Positions 21,595 through 35,857 of a stretch of DNA of 64,000 nt are shown piece by piece (positions within the stretch are counted from its first letter, which is position 1; every line of letters begins with the position of its first letter). Under the pieces are notes generated by a model, which saw nothing but the letters and a program-made list of their open reading frames with translations, was not told where the DNA came from and did not search any database. The translations under genes and the position numbers were made by a program. The stretch covers positions 1 to 64,000 of the forward strand of contig CAVYSY010000032.1 of the NCBI GenBank assembly GCA_963771175.1, written 5' to 3'. This DNA comes from an uncultured delta proteobacterium (GTDB taxonomy: Bacteria > Myxococcota > Myxococcia > Myxococcales > Myxococcaceae).

Positions 21595-24500
21595 CTAGCT
21601 CAGGCTCGGTCGCGTCTCCTCGATCTCGTAGGCCTCGATGATGTCGCCCGGCTTGAGATCGCTGTAGTTCTCGATGCCGATACCGCACTCGAAGCCCTGG
21701 GCGACTTCCTTCACGTCGTCCTTGAAGCGGCGGAGCGAGGCCATGCGGCCGGAGAACAACTGCTTGCTGTCGCGCAGCAGGCGGACGAAGGCACCACGCT
21801 TCATCACACCGTCGAGCACCGCCGCACCGGCGATGGTCCCCAGCTTCGGCACGTTGAAGGTGTTGCGAACCTCGGCGCGGCCCAGCTTGCGCTCGGTGCG
21901 GATGGGCTCGAGGAGGTCCTCCATGGCCTTCCGCACGCCGTCGATGAGCTCGTAGATGATGCCGTAGGTCTCCAGCGTCACCTCCTGAGCCTTCGCGGCG
22001 GCCTCGGTGCCGGACTCGGGCTTGACGTTGAAGCCCAGGACCAGACCCTTGGAGGCGGCCGCGCGCATCACGTCGCCCTCGGTCATGGCGCCCACGCCCG
22101 AGTGGATGATCTCCACGCGGACCTTGTGGGTGGAGAGCTTCTTGACGGCCTCGCTGACGGCCTCGGCGGAGCCCTGCACGTCCGCCTTGATGACGAGCCG
22201 CAGTTCCTTGGGACCGCCGCCCGCCTTGGTCTTGGCGAAGAGCTGCTCGAGCGTCTCGCGGGTATCGGCCTTGCCGAGCTCCGCCTCGCGACCCTTCATG
22301 GCGCGGTGGGTGGCGATCTCCTTCGCCGCCTTCTCGTCGGCCACCGCGTTGAGGGTGTCACCCGCGGTGGGCACACCGGACAGGCCGACGACCTCCGCGG
22401 AGTAGCCCGGGAGCACTTCCTTCACGCTCTCGCCGCGGCTGTTGTTCATCGCGCGGATGCGGCCGAAGTGGGTGCCGGTGACGATGGCGTCGCCCACCTT
22501 GAGCGTGCCCTCCTGAACCAGGACGGTGGCCACGGGACCGCGGCCCTTCTCCAGCTTGGCCTCGATGATGGCGCCCACCGCCGGACGGCTCGGGTTGGCC
22601 GTGAGCTCGAGCACCTCGGCCTGCAGCGCGAGGTTCTCCAGCAGCAGGTCGATGCCCATCTTCTGCTTGGCGGACACGGGAACCATGATGGTCTCGCCGC
22701 CCCACTCCTCGGGCGTGAGCTCGTAGTTGGCCAGGTCCTTCTTCACGCGATCCGGGTTGGCGCCCGGAACGTCCATCTTGTTGATGGCGACGACGATGGG
22801 CACCTCGGCGGCCTTGGCCTGCTTGATGGACTCCACCGTCTGCGGCATCACGCTGTCGTCGGCGGCCACCACGAGCACCACGATGTCCGTCACGTTGGCG
22901 CCGCGGGCGCGCATGGACGTGAAGGCCTCGTGACCCGGGGTGTCCAGGAAGGTGATGTCACCGCGCGACGTCTTCACCGAGTAGGCGCCGATGTGCTGGG
23001 TGATGCCACCGGCCTCGCCGGAGACCACGTTGGCGGCGCGGATGGCGTCGAGCAAGCTCGTCTTGCCGTGGTCGACGTGGCCCATGACGGTGATGACCGG
23101 CGGACGCGGACGCTCGTCCTCGGGACGCGCCTCCACCTCGGGCAGGAAGTCCTCGACCTCGAAGCCGGCCTTCTCCACGCGCCAGCCGTAGTCGGTGGCG
23201 AGCAGCTCGGTGGTCTCCGAGTCGATGATCTGGTTGGCCGTGGCCATCTTGCCCAGACCCATCAGCTTCTTGATGAGCTCGGTGGTGCGCACACCCATGC
23301 GCTGGCCCAGGTCGGACAGGGCGATGCCCTCCTGGATCTTGATGACCTTCTTCTCCTCGGCCATCTGGGTGATCTGCGTCTTGGCGCCCTTCTTGGTGGG
23401 CTTCCTCTTCTTGCCGCGCACCGGGATGGTGACGCGACCCCACACGAGATCGGAGATCTCCTGCTTGGAAGGACCGCCCTCGCCACCCGGACCGCGCTTG
23501 CCGCGCCCGGCCTTCTCCTTCTCCTTGTTCTTGGAGACGTCGACGAGCTCGCGGCCACGGCCCAGGTGATCCGGGACGACCTTGAACTCACGAACCTCGC
23601 CGATGGCCTTCTTGCCCGGGGCCATGGGGTACTGACGGGCCTGACCCGTGGTGGGCGTCACACGGCGCACCTGGATGAGCGGGCGCGAGATGACGACGGC
23701 CTGGGTGGCCGTGGGCCGCAGCGAGCGGGTATCCTGCGCCACCGGCTGGTGCGGAATGCCGCCGACCATCGTGGTGCCCGGCTGGCCCGGCTGAGCCGCG
23801 CCAGGAACACCGGAGCCCTGAGCGGAGATGCCGGGGCCCGAAGGACGCACCGGACCCGAGGAGGGGCCCGTGCGCTGGTACTGGCTGGGACCGCCGCGCT
23901 GGTACTGGCTGGGACCGCCACGACCCTGCTGGCCGGGACCCCCGCGATTGTACTGGCCGGGACCACCCGGACGACCGCCCTGCTGGCCGGGACCGCCCGG
24001 ACCACCCGGACGACCACCCGGGCCACCGGGACGGCCAGAAGACGCCATGCCGGGCGCACCCGAGGGGGGTGCTCGATGGGCACCGGAAGACGGATGCGAA
24101 GGCGTCCGGACCGAGGGGGGAACCGCCGAAGGCGGGCGGGGTGGCAAGCTGGGTGACTCCTTGACAGAGGGAGGCTGCTGAGCGGCGGCAGCCGGGGTAC
24201 GCGAGGGCTCCGCGGGACGCGGCGCTTCGGTGGTGGTAGCGACAGGGGGCTGCTGCACGGCGGGGCGCGACGGCTCCGCGGCGGCAGCGGCCGGCTGCTG
24301 GGCCGCCTCGGCGGGGGGCTGAGCGGCGACGGCGGGCGTCTCCGCGGGCTGAGCGGCGGCGCGCGGTGCCTCGACGGCGGGAGGCTGAGCCGCGGCCGGC
24401 GTCTCCACTGGCGCGGCCGGCTGAGCGGCGGCGTGCGGTGCCTCGACGGCGGCGGGGGCCGGCTGAGCCTCGGCACGAGGCGCCTCGGCGACCGGAGCCT

Positions 24501-24813
24501 CGACGACCGGAGCCTCGGCGGCCGGCGTCTCCGCCTGCTCGTACATCTCACCGGACGGTGAGCCCGGGCTCGGCGCGGCCTTGCGGCGCACCACGAAGCC
24601 CTTGGCCGTCACCGGAGGCGCGGCCTGCTTCGGCTTGCGCTTGTCCAGGATCTTCTGGACGGCGGCCGTGGCCTGATCATCCTCGAGCGAGGACGAGTGG
24701 CTCTTGACGTCGTAGCCGAGCGAAACGAGCTCGGTCACGACCTCTTTATTGTCGAGCTCGACCCCGTGGTCCTTGAGCTCCTTGGCGATTTCGTGAACGC
24801 GCTTCTTCGACAT
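21595..24813 (-). CDS. infB: Translation initiation factor IF-2
   Basis: [46 protein letters not shown]. Confidence 0.98.
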   Translation of the reverse strand: MSKKRVHEIAKELKDHGVELDNKEVVTELVSLGYDVKSHSSSLEDDQATAAVQKILDKRKPKQAAPPVTAKGFVVRRKAAPSPGSPSGEMYEQAETPAAEAPVVEAPVAEAPRAEAQPAPAAVEAPHAAAQPAAPVETPAAAQPPAVEAPRAAAQPAETPAVAAQPPAEAAQQPAAAAAEPSRPAVQQPPVATTTEAPRPAEPSRTPAAAAQQPPSVKESPSLPPRPPSAVPPSVRTPSHPSSGAHRAPPSGAPGMASSGRPGGPGGRPGGPGGPGQQGGRPGGPGQYNRGGPGQQGRGGPSQYQRGGPSQYQRTGPSSGPVRPSGPGISAQGSGVPGAAQPGQPGTTMVGGIPHQPVAQDTRSLRPTATQAVVISRPLIQVRRVTPTTGQARQYPMAPGKKAIGEVREFKVVPDHLGRGRELVDVSKNKEKEKAGRGKRGPGGEGGPSKQEISDLVWGRVTIPVRGKKRKPTKKGAKTQITQMAEEKKVIKIQEGIALSDLGQRMGVRTTELIKKLMGLGKMATANQIIDSETTELLATDYGWRVEKAGFEVEDFLPEVEARPEDERPRPPVITVMGHVDHGKTSLLDAIRAANVVSGEAGGITQHIGAYSVKTSRGDITFLDTPGHEAFTSMRARGANVTDIVVLVVAADDSVMPQTVESIKQAKAAEVPIVVAINKMDVPGANPDRVKKDLANYELTPEEWGGETIMVPVSAKQKMGIDLLLENLALQAEVLELTANPSRPAVGAIIEAKLEKGRGPVATVLVQEGTLKVGDAIVTGTHFGRIRAMNNSRGESVKEVLPGYSAEVVGLSGVPTAGDTLNAVADEKAAKEIATHRAMKGREAELGKADTRETLEQLFAKTKAGGGPKELRLVIKADVQGSAEAVSEAVKKLSTHKVRVEIIHSGVGAMTEGDVMRAAASKGLVLGFNVKPESGTEAAAKAQEVTLETYGIIYELIDGVRKAMEDLLEPIRTERKLGRAEVRNTFNVPKLGTIAGAAVLDGVMKRGAFVRLLRDSKQLFSGRMASLRRFKDDVKEVAQGFECGIGIENYSDLKPGDIIEAYEIEETRPSLS
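23872..24035 (-). repeat. Gly/Pro/Gln/Tyr low-complexity tandem repeats in the IF-2 N-terminus
   Basis: 24-bp unit GCGCTGGTACTGGCTGGGACCGCC twice plus degenerate units; encodes GGPSQYQR / GGPGQYNR / GGRPGGP. Confidence 0.8.
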
Positions 24814-24909
24814 ACCTTGCTTGGCCTTTTGCTCCGCCGGCAACCGGGCGCAGCACCCTAATCCAAAAATGTGTGCGAGTGGTGCCTAACGCCCACTCCC
24901 GCCGGCTGC

Positions 24910-25239
24910 TCACCGCGAGGCCGGTCCTGACTCCAACGCCTGCCCGAGGACCGACGGGTCAACCGGACCCACCTTCCCCCGGAAGGCCCTGCCAAAGGCC
25001 TTCCGTTTCACCGCCGCTGCCAGGCACCCGACACCACAAAGGTAAGCCCCCCTCCCGGGGACCCGCCTGGCCCTGTCCACCACCAACCCACCCTGGGAGC
25101 CCACCGCCAACCGGGTGAGTTCCTCTTGCGCCCGCCGGGCGCCGCAACCGATGCAGCATCGCACCGGTCCGGCGTTCGCCGGGAGTTCTTCTTTTCTACT
25201 ATTACCGGAACGAGCCTTCAGGTGCATCCCCCCTGGCAT
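24910..25239 (-). CDS. ylxR: YlxR/DUF448 (RnpM-like) RNA-binding protein; start uncertain
   Basis: PVRCCIGC, ELTR, PGRGAYLC...C, KAFGRAFR; between nusA and infB. Confidence 0.85.
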   Translation of the reverse strand: MPGGMHLKARSGNSRKEELPANAGPVRCCIGCGARRAQEELTRLAVGSQGGLVVDRARRVPGRGAYLCGVGCLAAAVKRKAFGRAFRGKVGPVDPSVLGQALESGPASR

Positions 25240-25267
25240 CCAAGCGAGCTTAAGCCCCTAGCCTGAC

Positions 25268-26956
<1,689 letters not shown>

Positions 26957-27013
26957 CTTCTCCAAAGGTTCCACGGGCGCGCCCGCGCGAGGGCGCACCC
27001 TGTATGTGGACTG

Positions 27014-27496
27014 CTAGAACTCGAACTCCAGATTGGCCTTGGCGATGTCCTTGAAGGGGATGCGGAAGCTACCCGCCCCTTCCACGTCCACACTGATGGC
27101 GTCGGCCGCCACCTCGGTGAGCGTCCCGGTGAAGTTCTTGCGCGGCGGCTCCCCGATGGGGCCAAAGGTCTTCAACTTGACCTTCTGACCCTTCACCCGC
27201 TCGAAATGCGCGGGCTTCTTCAGGGGCCGGTTCACCCCGGGGCTGGAGACTTCCAGGCTGTACTCGTGGGGAACGATGTCCTCCACGTCCAGCACCGTGT
27301 CCACCGCGCGTGACACCTGCGAGCACTCGTCCAGGCCCACCCGTCCACCCGGCTTGTCGATGAACAGGCGCAGGACCCAGCCCTCGCGCTCGCGGACGAA
27401 CTCCACCTCGAGGAGCTCCAGCCCCTCGCCCGCAACGAGAGGCTCGAGCAGCTCCTGTGCCCTTGCCTCCACCGTTTGCTTGATGTTCTCCGCCAT
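27014..27496 (-). CDS. rimP: Ribosome maturation factor RimP
   Basis: LRLFIDK, LDEC..VSR, YSLEVSSPGVNRPL. Confidence 0.95.
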   Translation of the reverse strand: MAENIKQTVEARAQELLEPLVAGEGLELLEVEFVREREGWVLRLFIDKPGGRVGLDECSQVSRAVDTVLDVEDIVPHEYSLEVSSPGVNRPLKKPAHFERVKGQKVKLKTFGPIGEPPRKNFTGTLTEVAADAISVDVEGAGSFRIPFKDIAKANLEFEF

Positions 27497-27519
27497 AGGC
27501 CGCGAAACTGCTTGACTCC

Positions 27520-27554
27520 AAAAACACAAAAAGCGGGCTCGACGGCCCACTTTT
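27520..27554 (-). promoter_or_regulatory. rimP leader (GGGC..GCCC attenuator-like hairpin with U-tract)
   Basis: Minus strand AAAAGTGGGC-CGTCGA-GCCCGCTTTT-TGTGTTTTT just upstream of rimP, where a conserved leader terminator is known. Confidence 0.7.
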
Positions 27555-27709
27555 CGAGGAAACTGCGTCGAAAAATGTCGGCGGCGTCCGTAGCACACGC
27601 CACCTCGGGGTGTAAAGGATGACGCACCCCTCGTCATGCCATCCAACAGTCGCCGCAGGGGCAGGGATTCCCAGGGTTTCCGCCAATGAGGAACGATTAT
27701 AACGAGCGC

Positions 27710-28513
<804 letters not shown>

Positions 28514-28591
28514 ACCGTTCGAGGGCACATGCTCGGTCCCCTGGGTCCCGGGTCCATTCCCCTATACACTGCGTGGCCGGAACCCCCCATC

Positions 28592-29062
28592 GTGAACGTT
28601 CGTCGGTCCCACATGGTAATCGTCCTCGCTCTCGCGGGCCTCTGCGTGGGCTGCCCCGCCGATGAGAAGCCCGCGGCTCCAGTGCATGCGCCGGCCGTGC
28701 CTCCTCCAGTGCGGCGCGCCCAGCTCAAGGGGCTGCAGGGGGACGTGAAGGTGAAACGCGCGGCGGGAGATGAGTGGCTCCCCGCCCAGGAGGGCATGCC
28801 CCTCTTCGAGAACGACAAGGTGCGAACCGTGGCCGGAGCGGGAGCACAAATCGTCTTCGCCAACGGCAGTGTGGTGAGCCTGGGCGAGGACGCGCTGATC
28901 GGCATCGCGGAGACACGGCCGAAGCCCGGTCAGGAGCGCACGGACCTGACGGTTCTGCGCGGCCGGGTGGACGCCGAGCTGGAGGATCCAGCGAAGCAGT
29001 CACTCTCCGTCACCACGCCAGCGGCCACCGTCCGGGCCGGAAGGGAGATCGTGTTCCAATGA
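28592..29062 (+). CDS. FecR-domain lipoprotein
   Basis: Lipobox CVGC; G.V.V.R....W..A..GM.L...D.VRT..GA.A.I.F.NGS and TPAATVR typical of FecR domains. Confidence 0.8.
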   Translation: MNVRRSHMVIVLALAGLCVGCPADEKPAAPVHAPAVPPPVRRAQLKGLQGDVKVKRAAGDEWLPAQEGMPLFENDKVRTVAGAGAQIVFANGSVVSLGEDALIGIAETRPKPGQERTDLTVLRGRVDAELEDPAKQSLSVTTPAATVRAGREIVFQ

Positions 29063-29950
29063 AGGGGTCCCTCCTGCTGGCCATGCTCATGCTGGCGCCC
29101 TCCGAAGCGGTGGTGCGCGATGGAGAGTCGCTCGCCCAGGTGGCCCAGCGCACGCTGGGAGACCGCGGCGGTGCCAGCGAGCTCAAGGCGCTCAACGGAT
29201 TGAAGGAAGACGCGGTGGCACCGGGCACGAAGCTGAAGCTGCCGGGGCCGGACCGGGCTCGCGCGCAGAGCGTGCTGGAGACGGCGCGCAACGCGGTGAA
29301 CCACGCGGACGCCAAGGTGGCCCGGCGCGAGGAGGCGGTGGCCAAGCTGAAGGAGGCCGAGGCCCACTTCCAGAACGCGCGCTACGAGGATGCCGCCCAG
29401 ACGGCGGACGGAGCCTGGAAGCTGCGTGTCGGCGAGCGGGTCGCAGCCCACCGCCTTCACGGTGGCGGTCGGCGATGATGGCACCACCACGGTGAAGTCC
29501 ACCTCCGGACAGCCGGTGCGAGTGGAGGCCGCAGGGCGTCACCCAGTCGGTGGACGTCGGACAGGTCGTGCGCGTGGAGAAGGGCCAACCGCCGTCGCCG
29601 CCCCAGCTCCGCTCGGCGTGCCCCAGCCCACCCAGCCCGGCCGACAAGCTGAAGATGACCGTGCAGCCCGCCAAGGGCGGCCTGGGTCCCGTCACCCTCG
29701 CCTGGCGCCCGGTGGAGGGCGCCGAAGGCTACGAGGTGGAGCTGCGGCCCGTCCGGGGAGAGAAGCGGGTGCTGACCGCCTCCGTGCCCCAGGTCCGGGC
29801 TGCCGCCTGCCCGCCGGGGCCTACCGCTGGAGCGTGCGCGCCCTGACCCGCGAGGCTCGCTCCGCGGCCTCGCCCGAGCAGGGCTTCGAGGTGGCCGAGG
29901 CTCCGGCCAAGGGCATCAACATCGAGGTGCAGTCCACGAAGTGGAAGTAG
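29059..29950 (+). CDS. LysM-domain exported protein with Fn3-like C-terminus (frameshifted)
   Basis: ATGA overlap with the FecR gene; VRDGESLAQVAQR.LG......LKALNGL......PGTKLKLP; LAWRPVEGA.GYEVEL and GAYRWSVRA. Confidence 0.78.
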
Positions 29951-29969
29951 CGAGGGAGGAGCGTCCGCG

Positions 29970-31692
29970 ATGAGGCTCTTCAAGACCATCCTGCTGCTGA
30001 TGCTGGTGGCCAGCATCGTGCCCACGGTGATGGTGGGCTGGCTCTCCGTGTCCGACACGCGCGAGCTGCTGGTGCGCGACGCGCAGGAGCTGGCGCAGGA
30101 GCGGGTGAAGCAGCTGCGGCTGAAGACGGAGGGCTTCCTCGCCGAGCCCACGCGCGCGGTGATGGGCTGGCGCGCGTGCCCGGCTTCTTCGCGCTGCCGC
30201 TGGAGCAGCAGCAGACGCACCTGCGCGCGGTGCTCAACCAGAGCCGCGAGGTGCGGCCCTCACCCTCTTCGGCGCCGGACGGCAAGCGGCTGCCCGGGCT
30301 GCAGGCCTTCGCGGTGAACGACGTGCCCCCCACCGCGGTGGCCGAGCACGAGGCGCGCGCCGTGGCGCTGCTGCCGAGGGGCTCGGCGGCCTGCGCTACG
30401 CGGACGTGGCTGTGGCGCACCAGCGGGGAGCGCGGTGGTGACGTTCGCCTTCCCCGTCGGCGAGCCCGCCAGGGGCTACGTCGCCGCGGAGGTGTCGCTC
30501 GCGGAGCTGCAGGCGCATGCTCGCCCAGGAGCGCGTGGGCTCGCACCGGCTTCGTCTACGTGGTGGACGCGCAAGGGCCACATGGTCGCGGGCGGCGGCG
30601 GGCTGGTGGCCGAACCAGGACGTCTCCCATCGGCCCGCTGGTGGCGCACCTGCTCCAGGGCGTGGCGCGCTCTCCGGACACGGAGCATCTTCCACGTGGG
30701 CAACTTCGGCGAGGGCGAGGACGCGGTGGTGGGCGCCTACGCGATGCTGCCCGACCCGCAGCTGGGCCATCGTCTCCGAGCAGCCGGTCGCGCTCGCCTA
30801 CAAGCAGGTGGACGACCATGGAGCGGCGGCTGCTGCTCACGCGTCGCTCGCCGCCATCCTGGTGGCCCTGGCGCTCGCCGCCGTCTTCTCGCGCAGCGTC
30901 ACCCGCCCCCTCAAGGGCTTCATCGCCGGGCGCCCTGGAGCTCGCCCAGCGGCAAGTTCGGCGTGCAGGTCGACGTCCCCGCAGAAGAACGAGCTGGGCG
31001 AGCTGGCCCGGACGTTCAACTACATGAGCAAGCAGCTGCTCGCGCCTACGACCACGAGAACCGCGGCCTCTACGAGAGCCTGGAGCACGGCTACCTGGAG
31101 ACCATCGTCGCCCTGGCCAACTCCATCGACTCCAAGGACGCCTACACCCGCGGCCACAGCCAGCGGGTGGGCGACGTGGCGGTGGAGATCGGCCGCGAGC
31201 TGGGGCTCACCGAGCGCGAGCTCAAGCACCTGCAGCTACGGCGGCATCCTCCACGACATCGGCAAGATCGGCATCGTCGAGTCCATCCTCTGCAAGCAGT
31301 CGCGGCTCACCGACGAGGAGATGGCGGTCATGCGCGAGCACCCGGCGATCGGCGACGCCATCATCAAGCCCGATCAGCTTCCTGGCCGCGGTGCGCGCCG
31401 GCGGTGCGCAGCCACCACGAGCGCTGGGACGGCACCGGCTACCCGGACGGCTCAAGGGCGAGGAGATTCCCGCTGCTCGCCCGCATCGTCGGCGTGCGCC
31501 GACACCTTCGACGCCTGCACCTCCACCCGCCCCTACCAGAAGGCCATGCCGCTGGAGAAGGCGATGGAGATCCTCGACAACCTCAGCGGCAAGCAGCTCG
31601 ACCCGGCCGTGGTGGCGGCGCTGCGCCGGGTGGTGGAGAAGAAGGGCGTGCGCGTGGAGGGCCACCGCCTGCCCGTCAAGCTGGCCTCGTGA
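29970..31692 (+). CDS. TM-Cache-TM-HAMP-HD-GYP cyclic-dinucleotide phosphodiesterase, PmxA-like (frameshifted)
   Basis: KNELGELARTFNYM (HAMP), KDAYTRGHSQRV, LHDIGKIG, HHERWDGTGYP, ADTFDACTSTRPYQ. Confidence 0.88.
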
Positions 31693-31774
31693 GGCCCTCG
31701 GCTTCCCGCTCCCATCCGCCGCGCCGGATGGTAAGCAGGGACCTTCGTTGTTCTGGCCCTGAAAGGGGAGCCCC

Positions 31775-32113
31775 TTGAGCTTCTGGGATCGCATCAAACC
31801 CACCACGCGGCCCGTGTCCGCCACCGAGGCCGAGCTGTCTCCGGACGGCACCCGGCTGAGCCTCGCCTGGGAGGACGGCGTGAAGACGGCCGCCACCGCC
31901 CAGCTCCTTCGCCAGCAGTGCCCGTGCGCCGGGTGCGTGGACGAGTGGACCAACAAGCGCACGCTGGACCCCGCCAAGGTGCCCGCGGACGTGCGCATCA
32001 CCCAGGTGCAGCCCGTGGGCAACTACGCCCTCACCTTCGTCTTCAGCGACGGACACGGCACCGGCATCTACCCGTGGAAGCTGCTGCGCGACATCACCCA
32101 GCCCCAGGGCTGA
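31775..32113 (+). CDS. DUF971/GBBH-like N-terminal domain protein
   Basis: LRQQCPCAGC, PVGNYAL.F.FSDGH.TGIYPW. Confidence 0.88.
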   Translation: MSFWDRIKPTTRPVSATEAELSPDGTRLSLAWEDGVKTAATAQLLRQQCPCAGCVDEWTNKRTLDPAKVPADVRITQVQPVGNYALTFVFSDGHGTGIYPWKLLRDITQPQG

Positions 32114-32129
32114 CCTCCTGGAGGAACGC

Positions 32130-33866
32130 GTGAACGAGTCCCGGTACCGGCTGGTGCGCCCCCTGGCCACCGGAGGCATGGCGGAGCTGTTCCTCGGCGT
32201 GGCTCGCGGCGCGGAGGGCTTCGAGAAGCCCGTGGCCATCAAGCGCATGCTGCCGCACCTGGCGCGCGAGCCCGCCATCGCGCAGATGTTCCTCGCCGAG
32301 GCGCGGCTGGCCACCCACCTGCAGCACCAGAACATCGCCAGCGTCTACGACGTGGGCAGCGGCCCCGAGGGCCTCTTCCTGGTGATGGAGCTGGTGAACG
32401 GGTGGGACCTGGGTGTGCTGCTGCGGCACGCCTGGCGGCGCAACCAGCGCTTCCCCCCGCACCTCGTGGCCTTCATCGGCACCCAGGTGCTGGCGGGCCT
32501 CGTCCATGCCTACCGCCGCATGCACGACGGCCGCCCCGTGCTGACGGCCCACCGGGACATCTCGCCCTCCAACCTCCTCATCTCGCGCGAGGGCGAGGTG
32601 AAGGTGACGGACTTCGGCATCGCCCGCATCGAGGGCGCGTCCCTGGGCACCCAGCCCGGCACCTTCAAGGGGAAGCTCCCCTATGGCTCGCCCGAGACGC
32701 TCCAGGGCCAGCCGGCCACCGCCCTGAGCGACCAGTTCGCCCTGGGCATCGTCCTCTACGAGCTGCTCGCCGGGCGCCACCCCTTCGGAGACGGCGCGGA
32801 CGAGCCGATGTCCATCGCCATGGCCATCGCCCAGCAAGAGCCTCCGCCACTCACGGACGTGCCCGCGCCGCTGGCCGCGGTCGTCTCTCGCGCACTGTCC
32901 AAGGCACCCAAGGACCGCTTCCCCCGGCCGGAAGACATGGCCGAGGCCCTGGCCCGCTACCTCGCCCAGTCCGGCGAGCCCGCCTCCTCCCAGGCCCTGG
33001 CCGCGTTCCTCTCCAGCCTGAACCTCCCCCCCACCCTGCTCGAGCTGTCGGACTCCTCCGAGCAGCCCGATTCGGATCCGGGAGGGCAGGCGCCGACCGT
33101 CCGGCGCCCCATCCTCCCGACCCGGCCCGTGGACCCGCCCTCCTTCGCGCTGCAGTCCGAGGACTTCGACGACATGCCCGGAGGCCCCGCGCTCAGCATG
33201 AGTGGGCGGCTCGTCGTGCCCACCGCCGCGGCACCCGCCCCGGCTCGTGAGTTCCGTTGCTCCCGCTGCAACGCCCCTCTGCCGTCGGCCCATGCTCCGT
33301 GCGACCGTTGCGCCCGCGAGCTCTCCCCGGGTCTCTCCACGCTCGCCGAGGACGTCTCGCCCGCGTCGCCGAGCGTCCCGCCGAGAGCAGCTCCCGCCCC
33401 CGTGACAGACCCTCGGGCCCCGCTGCAATCGGTGCTGGAGATGAAGGAGGAGGAGCTGGAGTTGACCGAGCGGGCTCCTCGGCCGGAGAGCGACTTCGTG
33501 CCGATCGACACCGCCGAGCCCAGGCTCCGCCGACGGTGGGGACGCACGATGGCGCTCGTGGCCATCCCGCTGCTGGTGCTGGGCGGAGTCGTGGTGGCGC
33601 TGCCCCAGTTCTCCAAGCAGCTGGGCACCTTCCGCTTCTCGCCAGGTCCCAGGTCCGCGGTGGGCATGCTCTCCATCCAGAGCGAGCCCTCGGGCGCCAC
33701 CGTCACCGTGGACGGCACGGTGCTGGGCACGACGCCGCTGGCGGTCGACAACATCTACCCGGCCCAGGACATCCCCATGAAGGTGACGCTCAAGGGCTAC
33801 AAGCCCTGGACGGGTACCTTCACCGGGGGCGAGCCGGTGTCCCTGGAAGTGAAGCTGCGCAAGTGA
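32130..33866 (+). CDS. Ser/Thr protein kinase with zinc ribbon, TM and PEGA domain
   Basis: GGMAELF, VAIKR, HRDISPSN, DFG; CSRC...CDRC; SEPSGATVTVDG..LGTTPL. Confidence 0.92.
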   Translation: MNESRYRLVRPLATGGMAELFLGVARGAEGFEKPVAIKRMLPHLAREPAIAQMFLAEARLATHLQHQNIASVYDVGSGPEGLFLVMELVNGWDLGVLLRHAWRRNQRFPPHLVAFIGTQVLAGLVHAYRRMHDGRPVLTAHRDISPSNLLISREGEVKVTDFGIARIEGASLGTQPGTFKGKLPYGSPETLQGQPATALSDQFALGIVLYELLAGRHPFGDGADEPMSIAMAIAQQEPPPLTDVPAPLAAVVSRALSKAPKDRFPRPEDMAEALARYLAQSGEPASSQALAAFLSSLNLPPTLLELSDSSEQPDSDPGGQAPTVRRPILPTRPVDPPSFALQSEDFDDMPGGPALSMSGRLVVPTAAAPAPAREFRCSRCNAPLPSAHAPCDRCARELSPGLSTLAEDVSPASPSVPPRAAPAPVTDPRAPLQSVLEMKEEELELTERAPRPESDFVPIDTAEPRLRRRWGRTMALVAIPLLVLGGVVVALPQFSKQLGTFRFSPGPRSAVGMLSIQSEPSGATVTVDGTVLGTTPLAVDNIYPAQDIPMKVTLKGYKPWTGTFTGGEPVSLEVKLRK

Positions 33867-33884
33867 GGCGCTGGGCCCGCGCCC

Positions 33885-34475
33885 TCACTTCACCAGGCGC
33901 AGGTGGCCGCGACGCGGAGGCGACGGATCATCCTTCGGTCCCTCGGGCTCGGTCGCGGCGGCGACGGGAGCAGGCGCGGGCACGGCGGCAATCGGGGTGG
34001 CGACGGGCTCCTCCTGGGGCTGGGGCTGGGGCTGGGGCTCGAGCCTCGCCACCTCGCGGAGGATGGCCCGGGGACGCTCCACCGGCGAGGCCGACTGCTC
34101 CCCCGCGGGCTCCGGCAGCGTCGCCTTGGACGTCACCATCGTCTGCTGGATGAGCTCGGCCGGCATGTCGTCCGGGTACATCCAGAATTCCTTCGTCGAG
34201 TGGCTCGTGATGGCGAACAGCGCCGACCAGGGCACCGCCACCGTGAACCGGCTCCCCGAGAAGCTCAGCGTGCAGCGAATGCCCCACTCGCCCACGGTGA
34301 GATCCGGGGGATCGAACCGGTAGGACAGGTTGAGACGCAGGTGGGCCTCGCTTCGCAGCGAGGTCGGCACGATGACTCCCGGACGACGTGCGTCCAGGTG
34401 GATCATCACCATGCCTTTGTCGAGTGCGGCCATCAGCCGCTCTTTCTTCTCCGGACCCTTCTTGTCCATCGACAT
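33885..34475 (-). CDS. sspB: ClpXP adaptor SspB-like protein
   Basis: LDARRPGVIVP, LRLNLS, TLSFSG....V.VPW.A; C-terminal RGHLRLVK ClpX-binding-like tail; adjacent to smpB. Confidence 0.8.
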   Translation of the reverse strand: MSMDKKGPEKKERLMAALDKGMVMIHLDARRPGVIVPTSLRSEAHLRLNLSYRFDPPDLTVGEWGIRCTLSFSGSRFTVAVPWSALFAITSHSTKEFWMYPDDMPAELIQQTMVTSKATLPEPAGEQSASPVERPRAILREVARLEPQPQPQPQEEPVATPIAAVPAPAPVAAATEPEGPKDDPSPPRRGHLRLVK

Positions 34476-34500
34476 GCGCCTCGGGGTGAGGATGGGCGAT

Positions 34501-34986
34501 TCAGCGACGACGCATCGCCCGATCCATCTCCCGCTTGGTCTCCCGTTCCTTGATGTCCTGCCGCCGATCCTCGTGCGTCTTACCGCGACAGAGGCCCAGC
34601 TCCACCTTCGCCCGGCCGTTCTTGAAATACAGCACCAGCGGGATGATGGAATAGCCTCGCTCGCGCACCTTGGTCGTCCAGCGGTCGATTTCCTCGCGGT
34701 GCATCAACAGCTTGCGGCCGCGCAGGGGCTCGTGGGTGAAGAAGCTGGAGGGGTTGTAGGTGCCAATGTGGGCGTTGAGCAGATACAGCTCATTGCCCTT
34801 GGGTAGCGCATACGCGTCCGAGAGGTTGGCCGTGCCAGCCCGCAACGCCTTCACCTCGCTGCCCGAGAGCAGAAGGCCGGCCTCGACCTTCTCGTCCACG
34901 GAGTAGGCGGCGCGCGCCTTGCGGTTCTCGGCGATGACCTTGATGCCGGGTTCGCCCGTCCCGCCCTTGCCCTTTCCACCCGCCAT
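34501..34986 (-). CDS. smpB: SsrA-binding protein
   Basis: [41 protein letters not shown]. Confidence 0.96.
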   Translation of the reverse strand: MAGGKGKGGTGEPGIKVIAENRKARAAYSVDEKVEAGLLLSGSEVKALRAGTANLSDAYALPKGNELYLLNAHIGTYNPSSFFTHEPLRGRKLLMHREEIDRWTTKVRERGYSIIPLVLYFKNGRAKVELGLCRGKTHEDRRQDIKERETKREMDRAMRRR

Positions 34987-34999
34987 ACGCTCGCGTCCT

Positions 35000-35854
35000 C
35001 TAGCCTCCGATGGGCTGATTGTCGATCAGCCGAGTGGTACCGACGAAGGCCGCCACCAGCAGCCGTGCCGGCTGGCCTGGAGTCACGGCCGACAGGGGGG
35101 TCAGCGAGGTGGCGTCCATCAACTCCACGTAGTCCTCGCGAAGACCCGCCGCCTCCAATTCGCGACGCACCGCACCAACCAGGGCCTGGGCCTCGCGCAT
35201 GCCTTCCTTGTAGAGCGCCTGGGCCGCCGACAGGCCTCGCGACAGGGCGAGCGCCCGCTTCCTGTCCTCTGGGGACAGGTAGGCGTTGCGCGAGCTCAGG
35301 GCCAGCCCGTCCGCCTCGCGGATGGTGGGCATGCCGACGATCTCCACCCCCAGGTTCAGGTCGCGCTCGAGGGCGCGGATGACCTGGAGCTGCTGGTAGT
35401 CCTTCTCGCCGAAGAGGGCCACGTGGGGCTTGAGGATGCACAGCAGCTTCGTCACCACCGTGGCCACGCCCCGGAAGTGGCCGGGCCGGCGCGCGCCGCA
35501 CAGGCCCTGGCTCACCTTCTCCACGTCCACGTACGTCTGGAAGCCCGGCGGGTACATCTCGGCCGGCTCGGGGGCGAAGACGGCCTCCACGCCCGCGCTG
35601 GCGCACCTGGCCAGGTCCCCCTCGAGGTCCCGCGGGTAGCGCGACAGGTCCTCGGTGGGACCGAACTGGGTGGGGTTGACGAAGATGGAGGTCGCGACGA
35701 CGTCGGCCCGGCCGCGTCCCTCGCGCATCAGCGAGAGGTGGCCGTCGTGCAGGTAGCCCATGGTGGGCACCAGCGCCAGCCGGCGGCCCGAGCGGCGAAT
35801 GGACTCCGCCCAGGCGGCGGTCTCGGCGACAGTGCGAAGGACGAGGGGCGCCAT
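35000..35854 (-). CDS. panC: Pantoate-beta-alanine ligase
   Basis: [49 protein letters not shown]. Confidence 0.97.
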   Translation of the reverse strand: MAPLVLRTVAETAAWAESIRRSGRRLALVPTMGYLHDGHLSLMREGRGRADVVATSIFVNPTQFGPTEDLSRYPRDLEGDLARCASAGVEAVFAPEPAEMYPPGFQTYVDVEKVSQGLCGARRPGHFRGVATVVTKLLCILKPHVALFGEKDYQQLQVIRALERDLNLGVEIVGMPTIREADGLALSSRNAYLSPEDRKRALALSRGLSAAQALYKEGMREAQALVGAVRRELEAAGLREDYVELMDATSLTPLSAVTPGQPARLLVAAFVGTTRLIDNQPIGG

Positions 35855-35857
35855 GGA

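Noticed and set aside
33885..35000. tmRNA (ssrA) next to smpB
   Set aside because: Flanking gaps are under 30 bp and no tmRNA or tRNA-like ends are visible.
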